Shown here piece by piece: positions 52,639 through 64,000 of a stretch of 64,000 nt of DNA. Numbering within the stretch: the stretch's first letter is position 1; the number at the start of each line of letters is the position of its first letter. The translations under genes and the position numbers were made by a program. A model generated the notes under the pieces. The model was not told the origin of the DNA, made no database searches, and saw nothing but the letters and a program-made list of their open reading frames with translations. Source of the DNA: Octopus vulgaris (taxonomy: Eukaryota); the NCBI GenBank assembly GCA_951406725.2, contig OX597821.1, positions 11,222,001 to 11,286,000 on the forward strand, read 5' to 3'.

Positions 52639-52983
52639 GGCTTTGAGATGATGTACAGGTATTATATATTAGAAGAAATAAGATACTCAGAAATCTGCAT
52701 GGTTTTATATTTACAGATACTTATTAATATGTCACACGTTTTTATAAATCATATATTAGCGCGTGCGTCCACTCTAGTGGAGTCATCAGATTGAACTTTT
52801 TCAGGAATTACGTCTCTTTTTATAGTATTTTTATGGTATAATACTATAAAAAGAGACAAAATTCCTGAAGAAGTTCAATTTGACGACTCCACTAGAGTGG
52901 ACACAAGCGCTAATATATGATTTATACAAATATGTGACATATAAATAAATATCTGTAAATATAAAACCATTCAGATTTCTGAA
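52635..52983. mobile_element. Fold-back Penelope-like remnant (~145-bp inverted arms) between (TA)n tracts
   Basis: 52685-52830 vs 52838-52983 are diverged reverse complements. Decayed CTGATGA-cTCCAC..GTGGAc motif without an intact GAAA. Confidence 0.6.
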
Positions 52984-52995
52984 TATATATATACA

Positions 52996-53457
52996 CATGG
53001 AAAAATGAGAGCATGAAAATGATATTCTTAAGTTTATAAGCCTGGAAAAGTACAGGACAAGTTTTTATACCTGTAAAAGTATAGGACAAGCTATTACTAC
53101 TAGTAAAGAATAAGAAACTTTTTACTTAAAATATTTCAGCAAAGAATCGCATTTCTTCTAATTTATCACTCTTTAAAGTTCTCATCTTTTAAACTTATTA
53201 TACAAAACTTTTCAGCTAATTTGTAAATTTGTATAATTAGTCACTTTTTTCTGTATTTAATGTAGTAAATTAGCCAAATTCTACTTAAATAAATATAGTG
53301 TTATTTGTAAACTAAAGTAAAATAAGTTTTAATATTTAAATTTTAATTTTAGCTGCAATTTATAAGTAAAAGGTTTCTTATTCTTTACTAGAAGTAATAG
53401 CTTGTCCTATACTTTTAATCTTAAGAATATTACTTTTCATGCTCGCATTTTTCTATG
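52996..53457. mobile_element. MITE with long imperfect TIRs
   Basis: CATGGAAAAATGAGAGCATGAAAA..AAAAGTATAGGACAAGCTATTACT.CTAGTAAAGAATAAGAAAC is mirrored at 53363-53457. Possible 2-bp CA TSD. Confidence 0.75.
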
Positions 53458-54222
53458 CAATCCATCATTTTTCCAGGCATTTCTGTTATTAGATAATTAA
53501 TAATGTGTCAATTTATAATTTAAGAATTTACCAAATAAAATACTGAAAGATAATACTTCAATTTTTCCATGTAAGTGATGATAATTCAATTTTTTTCATG
53601 TTTAATTTAAATATATGTTGGAATTGAATTATTTGATATTACCCATCCGCACAAAACGGCAGGGATTTTTACCATGTCGTTGGTTGTACCATGGTTCGCC
53701 AAAAGTTACAAACAACAAAACCCCAAAAACCCATCAGTTACCAGGCTCTCCTTAAGTAACGTAAATTAGCAATATTAGTTCACGGGAATTCATTCAATGA
53801 AAAAATAATTTCCAATGATTCCAGGACTGGTGGGGGGAAACCCCACCTCATTTTTTCCGAACCCAAATAAGGGATTATAAGGGATTAATAGGAGGTCAGG
53901 GTATTTGATTCCACGCAAAAAATCAAATTTTACGTATTTTTTTTTGTCTTAGTGAAAATCGGGCGCATGTTAATATAGAACTTTTACCCTTCAATCCCTA
54001 AGTCTCTGGGACTAATATATATCAGCAGCTTTTACTAACATTTTCTTGATGAAGGTAATTGGACTTTTGGTAATATCTCTGTCGCGTACCCAAAACATTT
54101 TGTAGGTTCCAGCTGCAAATTAGGAACATTAAGAATGTTACATAAACCTGAGCTTCCTTAAACAGCTGCCGATTTAAGAAATTACGTATTCTCTTCTTAC
54201 TATTCTGTATTAGTGTGCTCTA

Positions 54223-54619
54223 TACTCTTTTACTCTTTTACTTGTTTCAGTCATTTGACTGCGGCCATGCTGGAGCACCGCCTTTAATAGAGCAACTCGC
54301 CCCGGACTTATTCATTTGTAAGCCCAGTACTTATTCTCTTTTGCCGAACCGCTAAGTAACGGGGACATAAACACACCAGCATCGGTTGTCAAGAAATGCT
54401 AGGGGTACAAACACAGATACACAAACATACACGCACATATATATATACATATATACGACAGGCTTCTTTCAGTTTCCGTCTACCAAATTCACTCACAAGG
54501 CTTTGGTCGGCCCGAGGCTATAGTAGAAGTCACTTGCCCAAGGTGCCACGCAGTGGGACTGAACCCGGAACCATGTGGTTGGTTAGCAAGCTACTTACCA
54601 CACAGCCACTCCTGCGCCT
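54223..54619 (-). mobile_element. SINE family B, full length
   Basis: Same family as 20194-20587. Confidence 0.92.
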
Positions 54620-54639
54620 ATATAAACATATTGTATAAA

Positions 54640-54845
54640 TGTGGACTGTTGACGATTTTTTCCTCCTTCTTCCTTTTCCTTTGGACTTTCCTATGTTACC
54701 TGATTCTGAAGAAGAGGTATGCTCGAAATGTTAAACAACCACTCCTTTCCTTCTCTGAGCGTCTTATTAATACTTTACATGTGCTACGTCCTCACGTTGT
54801 TGCTTTTTTCCTGTTGTCTTTTTCTCCGTTCTTTACAACTAATTA
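54640..54845 (+). mobile_element. Penelope-like terminal-repeat remnant
   Basis: CTGAAGA-A-GAG-GTATG-CTC-GAAATGTT at ~54705-54732. Homologous to 24515-24710. Confidence 0.55.
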
Positions 54846-54894
54846 TGTGTGTGTGTACGTGTGTATGTGTGTGTGTGTGTGTGTGTATAAAAAA

Positions 54895-55225
54895 CGGTAA
54901 AAACGCCCTTCGGTCATGAATGACCATGGGATTGCACCTAGAAAGTTACCCCCCACTCCAGGCACAAGTCCAGGAAAGGCTGTTTATGGAAAACCAGCAG
55001 TTTCTCATGCATACCAGCCTCCCCTCCACACCACCAATGTAATCCAAAGGAAAGACAAAGGCCGATACTGCTGGACACCAGTCACATCGCAACTCATTTC
55101 TAAAGCTGAGTGAACTTGAGCAACGTGAAATAAAGTGTCTTGCTCAAGAACACAACACACTGCCCGGCCTGAGAATAGAACTCACTACCTCATAATTGTA
55201 TGACTTCTGACCAATCATGCTTCTT
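54895..55225 (-). mobile_element. Older SINE, CORE-like head 2 + tail 4
   Basis: GAGCAACGTGAAATAAAGTGTCTTGCTCAAGAACACAAC is shared with 51420-51676. The 3' part differs. Confidence 0.7.
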
Positions 55226-55514
55226 CATCACGTATGTATGTGTGTGCATACATATGTATGTATGTGTATATATGTGTGTGTATGTGTGTGAAGCCTAATC
55301 GGATTTATCTGCAGCACTCCATCCGTATCAGCTCGGGTTGGATTTCTGTTATAGCTATTCCTGGTGCTGTGGAAATTGTCCCGGATCAAGAATTTGAATT
55401 TTAAGCACAAATTCACTAGAGCACTACTACCTGTTTTCTATACCTTGCATATCTGACTCTCACCTGTTTCTTTATTAATTTATTTTACTCCCTTTGTTTA
55501 TTTCCTCGTCTTCT

Positions 55515-55630
55515 TGCAGTTGAAGAGCTCGAAACGTAGACTTTCTGACCTTCCCGAGAGTCAAACTAACACACCTGCTTGTTGTTTATACACCTGTCTT
55601 CGTCTTTTGTTTCTCTGTAAATTTCAACTA
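55515..55630 (+). mobile_element. Penelope-like terminal-repeat remnant (family D) followed by long (TA)n
   Basis: Homologous to 17482-17640. CAGTTGA-A-GAGCTC-GAAACGTA. Confidence 0.6.
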
Positions 55631-55638
55631 TATGTATG

Positions 55639-55754
<116 letters not shown>

Positions 55755-57174
55755 CAGCCACGGGCGCTTTAGAGCACACTTGTGAAGCACTAGCATAGGC
55801 CTACCAATACTGAAACACATACACGCTCGCCCGCTCTTATCCCCATTCGAAATTCACTCACCCATGTACAATCACTTAAAACATATCAAGAAGAAATTGT
55901 AACACATGCAAAGGTTCAAAAGCAAGTAAATACATGCGTCCTTTGTGGTTGCAAACACATACACACATATACATGTACATACAATTCATAACCACCAATG
56001 AAGAAGATGTAATAACTTTTCACATTCGTATACACATACACTGTAGATCCAAACAAAAATTTTATATCACAAAATACATGAACATAAGCACACATTTATG
56101 AAAGGACACATATATATGCACGTATATATGATGCATACATACTACACTTTTCACATACACACTCACACACCTGCTCTCCATGAATACATATATATATGTA
56201 CGTTTGGCACATTATCCCGCTTTCACCCAAAAGTATTTTCTGGCCTATTTCACATATATAAAAACTAAACACTCGCAATCGCATGCAAACTTATACACTT
56301 GTGCGCACTTTCATCTGGTTGCAGGCAAATTTAACACGTAAAAGAAACATACATATACTCACAAGTGCACCAGATACAAAAGCGCACCTAACATATACAC
56401 ACATTCACACTCACACATTACTCTGCACATCGGAATAAATGGTTGACCGGCTCTTTTCAAGATTGGGCTTTTAGCAAAATATTTCAGAGATTTGGCTATG
56501 AAAGTTCTTTCTTTGCTCATGAAAATTTGTTGAATGGCACGAATCATCTATTCTTGAAAGAACATTTGTCTTTTTTTTTCGAGAATTTGGCAATGTTTTG
56601 GGGGCATATAAATGGTATTCTATCTTCGGAAATGCAACTTGTACTATAAATTCAACAGGCAACTATGTATGCGTGTGAAAGAGTGTATAGAAATACATTC
56701 ATACATTCTAGCACATATGTATCTTTTATGGAGCTATCTATCTATATACTTATCTAGTTATATGTGCTTGACGTGCATGTATGTATGCTGTATGTAGTAT
56801 GTTTGTGAAACCATAAAAATTTATAAACATTCCAGAAAGCGTGGAGTAATTCTTTTTGAGAATTCAATATAGAAGTATATATAAAGTTTATATCTTGCTT
56901 TATATGTACTTCAAGATCTAATTCCAAAAGACAATTAACCACATTGCTTCGGGGGTTTATAAAATCTTATGAAGGCAACAAAATACAATTCACATATGTA
57001 AGAACGAGTTTTCTATAGTAGATAAAGAATTCTCATGGGTTGCTTTGATACAATAGTAGGGCACCTTTCATACCCGTAGCAGTTCTAGGTTCGTGACCCA
57101 CGTGTAGCCGTCGACTTTTTCTATCCAAACATTTTCCCACCCAATATTTACATCCTATTATTTATAGCTTTACT

Positions 57175-57330
57175 GAGGCAGAGAACTGGCGGAATCGTTA
57201 GCACGCTGGGCAAAATGCTTAGCAACATTTTCATCCATCTTTACGTTCTGAGTTCAAATTCCGCTGAGGTCAACTTTGTGTCATTCATCCTTTCGAGGTT
57301 GATACAATAAATACCGGAGTTGATGTAATA
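57175..57330 (+). mobile_element. Decayed SINE family C
   Basis: CTGGCGGAATCGTTAGCACGCTGGGC..GTTCTGAGTTCAAATTCCGCTGAGGTCAACTTTG. Confidence 0.8.
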
Positions 57331-57426
57331 TACTCTCCTATACTAACTAAAAGCTATTGGCCGTGTGTCAAAACTTACAAATCTTTATAGCTTTATACAG
57401 ACTCCCAGCTCCAATACCCAATAGAG

Positions 57427-57487
<61 letters not shown>

Positions 57488-57515
57488 TACATACATATGT
57501 TATATATATATGTAT

Positions 57516-57571
<56 letters not shown>

Positions 57572-58094
57572 TAGCTGTCACTTGCAAGTGTCTGTGACCT
57601 GCTAGCCATGTTTTTTGCTAACTATTTTGGGTGCGTGCATATTACGTCGCGAGCAAACATAGACAATTGGCCCTTCTGCAAATAAGCCAGCGGAGTATTG
57701 AGTATTGAGTATTTAACACCTGCAGCTGGAGGAGGCGGGCTGCACAGCCAGTCTGCTGGTATTGATTGCGAGATGAGTAAACGAAATCAGGGTAAAATGA
57801 TGTTCGTTTCTTAAGAGAGAAATGTACCTACCGTTCAAGAATTTAGTCCACGACTCTATGATAGCAAATCGGACACCATAATTAAACAGCCTAATGTTTT
57901 CACATATGTGTGGGAGCTCACTTGCACGTGCATGTGTGTTTATGTATTGATTTATCTCTCTCTCCATAAATATGGATAAATACATAGATAGAAATATAGA
58001 TGTATATGTACATACATAAACATAAATATACACAGCTAGAAACGTATAAAAGAATATAAATACATACTTACATACATACATGCATATATATAAC

Positions 58095-58320
58095 TGGTAC
58101 TTCGTCGGTTACGAGGATTCCAGGTAATCGATTAACGAAACAGTCTGCTCGTGAAGTTAACATGCAAGTGGCTGAGTATTCCAAAGACACGCGTAGTAAC
58201 CAGGGTAATTCTGCGTAACACAGAATGGCGTCTGTGAAATACAGGTACCACTCATTTATTTCGTCTGCTGAGTGGACTGGTGCAACGTGAAATTAGGTGT
58301 TTTGCTCAAGGACTCAAAGC
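58095..58320 (-). mobile_element. Decayed SINE, head 2 + tail 1
   Basis: GTCGGTTACGA..CTGCTCGTGAA..CAAGTGGCTGAGTA..GAAATACAGGTAC..GCAACGTGAAAT..TTGCTCAAGGA. Confidence 0.7.
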
Positions 58321-58343
58321 TCAATTCACGATATGCATATATC

Positions 58344-58855
58344 CCGTAAATCCCCGAGTATAGTCCGCTCTTGAGTATAATACGCAGGGGATTTTTTAGA
58401 GGGCGGTACCTCTGAAAAACCTAAACCTTGTGTATAATACGCACCCCTTCTCTACTTGAGTCGTGCATAATTAAGCCAGCAGCACGTAGTCAAACAAACA
58501 CTTCCACGCAAGCGTAATACAATAATAGTGATGTTCTTAACTGTTATATGGAAATGTAAATATGCTTGCAAATTATTTTTGCTACATGTTATTCTGTGTT
58601 CTGAATACTTTTATTTTAATAAATGTTGTTTACTGCAAGGTATGGATGATATTTTATTACTTCATTGCTTTCGGGCTTAACTTAAGGTATTTTCGTACCC
58701 GACATCACAAAGTGCGTCTGAATAAACATTGCCGGACAGCAAATAGAGACTCGGACATTGCTTAGAAAATATTTTTCATTATTAACCTCGTATATAGTAC
58801 GCACTAGGGGTTTAAATTTTGTGAAAAAATGCGGATTATACTCGATGATTTAGGG
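58344..58855. mobile_element. Tc2/pogo-like MITE
   Basis: TIRs CCGTAAATCCCCGAGTATAGTCCGC / GCGGATTATACTCGATGATTTAGGG, internal GTATAATACGCA repeats, TA-rich flanks. Confidence 0.8.
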
Positions 58856-59121
58856 TATATATAAAGAGCTACATCTATATAAGTATATATATATATATAT
58901 ATATATATATTGCACATTACTTAATCATCGTTATATCTTTTATCTTATAATTAATATTTCTATAATACGTACTTTTCTAGATTTTATAATTTAATTTTTC
59001 ATTATTGAATTAATAAAAGGTGTTTTTTCTAATTTATATATATATATATTATATTTAGTGAAATTTGATTTAGTATTTCTGAATTGAATTTTTCCCTATA
59101 AGGTTGGAATAATATTCTCTC

Positions 59122-59194
<73 letters not shown>

Positions 59195-59198
<4 letters not shown>

Positions 59199-59370
59199 GA
59201 GGACACATGAAAAAAACAAAAAACGCAGACAGGTGGTGTAGACAACAAACAGATGTATTAGTATAACGTTCGGGAAGTGAAAAAGTCTTCAACGTTTCGG
59301 GCCTACGCTCATCCACAGAAAGGAACACAGAAAGAAACAGGGAAATAAAATAAAGAATGTGTAGTGGCTA
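59195..59370 (-). mobile_element. Penelope-like terminal-repeat remnant (family D) between (TA)n tracts
   Basis: Homologous to 17482-17640. Minus strand CTGTGGA-T-GAGC-GTAG-GCCC-GAAACGTT. Confidence 0.6.
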
Positions 59371-60276
59371 ATATATATATATATACTTATACAGATGTAT
59401 GTCTTTATGTAAATAGCTTCATACCTGCATTCATGCACATACGTGTACACATCCACTCAAACACATATACACACGCATGAATACTCATGCACGCTCCACC
59501 ACCTTTATCACACTCACCACTCAAAAAAGATTTTACATGATAGCTGTTATATATTTTGTCTGAATTGAAAGAAACGGAAAGAAAGCAACCTTTTCATTAA
59601 TAACCTTTTCAATATTCATAGTCATACGTATATTAGTTTAAAAATATACTAGATTTTATGGATATAAATATATTCATAAATTGGAGTATAAATTAAAAAT
59701 TAGAAATATTTGATAAATAGATATAAGTTTATACTACATGTGGTATAATACGTGTGTCGGTATATATGAGTTTATCTAAGCACGTGTATGTATGAACCCT
59801 GTACGTGCGTGATGAGTATGCGTTAACGATATATGAAGAAAACATAATCGTACATACAAGAAATGCAATATCTAGCTGTGTGTGCGAGTGTCAATGCTGT
59901 GTGAACACGAAATGCTAAAAGTTTTTTTCTATGTATATATATATATGTGTGCGTGTTTGTATTTGTGTTCGTATGTGTCTGGGGATACATTTCCGTGTGT
60001 ATGTGCGGTTATGGGTGCCGAAGTGGAATTTAGGAATTATATGCGTTGTGTGTAAAACATTTCAGCTGCTATGGTCTGAACTATATAATCACAAAATAGC
60101 AAATAGAGAGTTATATATATACATACAAAGAGACGTATACAGGTACCAAATATATACAGATAGATAGATAAATAGATACGTACATGCATACATACATACA
60201 TACATGCAATGATTAATATATATATATGTGAGTGTGTGTATATATATGTGCATAGATATGCATGCATACATGTATT

Positions 60277-60329
<53 letters not shown>

Positions 60330-60452
60330 ATGTATACAACCTACTCTTCCGCACTTCTAACAAATGTATTCTCACCATCTTTTGATAAGATTCAATAAAA
60401 TACTAAAGTAAGTAATATAAGATCATGAATATTCATCGACACATATTTTTCA

Positions 60453-60512
<60 letters not shown>

Positions 60513-60545
60513 TACAAATTATTCATAAATATGAATATATATTTA

Positions 60546-60577
<32 letters not shown>

Positions 60578-61332
60578 CATAAATAGAAGTACGTATGAAT
60601 ATATTAACGACTTTTTCTTTACCAACAAGTGAATGAGTGAGTGTGTGTGTGTGTGTGTGTGTCTGTCTGTCGGTCTGTTTTGTATGTGTTAGGAAACAAA
60701 GTATTTATTATTTTATTTCAACGTGAAGTATCATAGATTACTTTCACTTTCGGAACAAAACGATAACAATTCTAAAATGTGTATTAAGATAAATATATCT
60801 CCAACGTATTCTCAGCATTCATTTGTTTAATTTTTAATGCTTCTGAAACTAAAATAAATGTTCAAGGAGAATGTGGGATTAAGGTTACTTGCTTTTTGGT
60901 GGAGTTATTCTTCCTTCACCGTCTTCTCTTTTGATTTGGCTTACATTTATGAACAAAGAGTAGTAAATACAAATAATTGTACAATAGTTTTTATATATTC
61001 CTTTCTAAAAAGAGATTTACAACCGTCGCTACGCATTGTGTCTCGCTATGTGTATTCTATGAGGAACCAACTAAGGTTTACTCTCAGTAAATAGCTTCCA
61101 TAGTCATTCATGTATTTATATATAGAGTAACACAGATGGGTTGCAGTTCACTACAGTTGTTTCAGAGATTTTCTTTTATGTAAAAAAAAAGGTTACCTTA
61201 TTCAAAAATGACCATTTAATTCTGGTGAGTAAAGATAAAAATTAACATTTAAAACTTCGAAAACAGAACACAGAGCCAGACGACTCAACCAACCTGATGT
61301 CGGCATGTATTTATATGTATGTGCTTCTATGT

Positions 61333-61380
<48 letters not shown>

Positions 61381-62884
61381 TTATTTACTATCGGTATCAA
61401 TTACCTGTGCTATCCCTGGGCATGGGTATGTAGGTATACTATGCTCATAGGGTACAGGTAACAACAGAATAAAGAGAAGTTTATCGGGAATCAAGTTTAA
61501 ATAATCAGAAAATGGAGAAAACTTTTGATCAACAAACAAACAAATTGAACCACATCGGTTGATTATTTTTTAATACAAAATAGGACAAAACATTTCTTAC
61601 GGCCGTTTCCACTCACAATGTTAGTCGGTGCCTACGAAAGAAATTCGAAAATAGTATTCGTCATGTTCATAGCAGATTCGATCTAGTACATGGAGCTTCA
61701 TCAGATTCAATACAAATGCGTAAAACAAACGAAGAGAAGAGGGAATATGAAAGAACAACGCCTCTAGAAGGCTCAATATATTAAAATCATACCGGGTAAT
61801 TTCTCTATAAAGAAGTGTGTTTGAATATTATTGAAAATAAGTTAGTATTAAAATTAAACAAGAGTTACCAATATGTCTAGAAAAGAAAGTACTTATGATA
61901 TAGTAAATAGGGTTAGTTAATATCTATCTACAAACAAAACCGTAGGGTTCTTATAATGGAGTGCCTACTGAAATATTTCAGAGACCACCAACTGTTGTCC
62001 ACAATGGAATTGATCAACGTGTATCCATCTCTACAACTGGTCAAATATATTTGAAGCAAGGGCAAAGTTACGACTGTTACGGGGGATATGCAAATAAAGA
62101 AGAATACGAACTAGTAAAATGGAGGGTGCAGGGGAGAAAATTGGGATATAATTTGCACGAGGCTGCTTATGGCCTTTTGTAACTTCTGAACATAACATAA
62201 ATAGGAATAAAATAAATAGATAAAAAAACTATCAGTTAAAGTGCTGAATTTTTTTTTTTATAGTAAGGGGAGACAACTAATACGAAAGGTGCATGCGAGC
62301 AGAATTACCTACAGAACTATAAAGCTGAGTCTTACTCACTAGATAGACAGTAAAATTCCTAATGATGGTAATAATGGATGAACAAGTAAATTTGTACACG
62401 TAGGTACATGAAAGGGCAAAAGCACAAAACCACGAAACCACAAACATTTAAGCGATTAAAATTAAATAACATGCTAATTACCACCATGGTTACAAACTCC
62501 ATGTCCCAACACGGTTTACTAAATCTTACTTAATATGTATTATATTATCATAAAAATTAGATTGTTCATATCAATAAATTTATTAATTATATTAACCCTT
62601 ACGTGGGTTCAGCCATACTGGGTCTACCACCAGAATACACTTTCAATCAAACATAGTAAACTCAAGGGAAGTCAGCTACTGTAGTGTCCATGTACAGACC
62701 TATATAATCAGGAGTGGGGTAAGTTAACATTGAGTACATTAAATTAAATTCTACAGTGGGGTAGTGTTGTTCCTAAGTGGATAGGACTAGAAGGGTCAAC
62801 TTTAAGTGGAGGTAGACCAACATGGATGAGATTGTTGGCACTTATTGTAATCTGGACTTACTTTTTCTACCAGCATATTCATAC

Positions 62885-63033
62885 CCAGAACTTATTCTTT
62901 GTAAGCTTAATACTTATTCTATCGGTCTCTTTTGTCGAACTGCTAGTTTACGGGGACCTCCACACACCAGCATCGATTGTCAAGCGATGTTGGGGAGACA
63001 AACACACATACACACTCACACACACACACACAC

Positions 63034-63089
<56 letters not shown>

Positions 63090-63360
63090 GACGTGCTTCT
63101 TTCGGTTGCATTCTACCAAATTCAATCACAAGGCTTCGGTCGGCCTTAGTCTATAGTAGAAGACACTTGCTTAAGGTGTCACATATATATTATTTCATTC
63201 TTATAATTGCTTCAGTCATTAAACTGCAACCATGCTGAGCAATGCCTTGAAGAATTTTAGTCGAACGTATCGACACCAGTCCTAAGTATTTTTCAAAGCC
63301 TGATCTTTTGCCGAACCAGCTGTCAAGCGGAGGTGGTGAATAAACACTGACGCAAAGACA
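62885..63360 (-). mobile_element. Decayed SINE family B fragments
   Basis: CTTATTCTTTGTAAGC..TATCGGTCTCTTTTG..TAGTAGAAGACACTTGC and TTCAGTCATT..CCATGCTG. Confidence 0.75.
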
Positions 63361-63417
<57 letters not shown>

Positions 63418-63429
63418 ACCCCTCGCCCT

Positions 63430-64000
63430 ATATATATATATATATATATATATAAAACTGAGAATGTGTGTCTGTCTGTCTGTCTGTCTGTCTGTGTGTT
63501 TCCCTAAAACTTGAGAACTACACAATCAATTTCATTCAAATTTTATATATGCCTTACTTAGGGTCCATGTAGTTTCATGGGCAAAAAAAATGTTCAACTT
63601 CTTGCCTAGGGCGAGCCCATAGCAATATCATATCTTCTCCACTATTTCAGTATTACGTGTTAAAAGTGAAACAAAAATATTTCTCTATTTTATGTCAGAT
63701 ACTTTCACTTTAACAATAAAAATTAGAGATAATAATAACAATTAAATTATATGTAGTAAGTAATAATTAAAATCAAACTAAAGTATAATATAATCGTAAC
63801 ATAACAAAAGTAAAAATAGCAATTGGTACAAAATTGCATCAATGACTTGAACTTGAATAAGTGTTTTCACATGAATGGGAATAAATTAAATTAAATCAAC
63901 TGCGTACTGCTTTTTGATTCACCGCAAGGTTTGTTATTATTATTATTACTGTTTAACTATTGTTATCACGTTTGTTGGTTCCTCGTAAGGGAAACGTTGT
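63430..64000 (+). mobile_element. Helitron-like non-autonomous element, 5' end
   Basis: CTATATA..TAAAACTGAGAATGTGTG(TCTG)n..AACTACACAATCAATTTCATTCAAATTTT, the usual layout of small Helitron-derived repeats. 3' end not seen in the window. Confidence 0.55.

Noticed and set aside
56443-56649. 68-aa ORF with non-repetitive composition
   Set aside because: Non-ATG start, no splice support and no recognisable domain. Consistent with chance.

Overview
AT-rich, repeat-dominated eukaryotic DNA. The SINE families and the dense (TA)n/(CA)n/(AAT)n/(AGAT)n microsatellites look like an octopus (coleoid cephalopod) genome; this is inference from pattern recognition. No intact host CDS can be supported. Most supplied ORFs are microsatellite translations or decayed transposon remnants. 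Recognisable content: a scrambled Tx1/L1 LINE, two decayed R4/Dong-like LINEs, an internally deleted Gypsy element with nested insertions (Chapaev3-like transposon, mariner MITE, SINEs), several mariner/Tc2 elements, Helitron-like ends, a triplicated ~480-bp element, many tRNA-derived SINEs with interchangeable head and tail modules, and a 100-N gap. The most notable signal is a recurring non-coding architecture: fold-back (divergent inverted) repeats, mostly beside (TA)n tracts, carrying minimal type I hammerhead ribozyme motifs with a palindromic helix III, as known from Penelope-like elements. One of these is fused to a tRNA/Pol III head. A ~6-kb TE-poor island (~6.5-12.8 kb) holds candidate promoter and first-exon signals. 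Coordinates were read by eye and may be off by a few bases.
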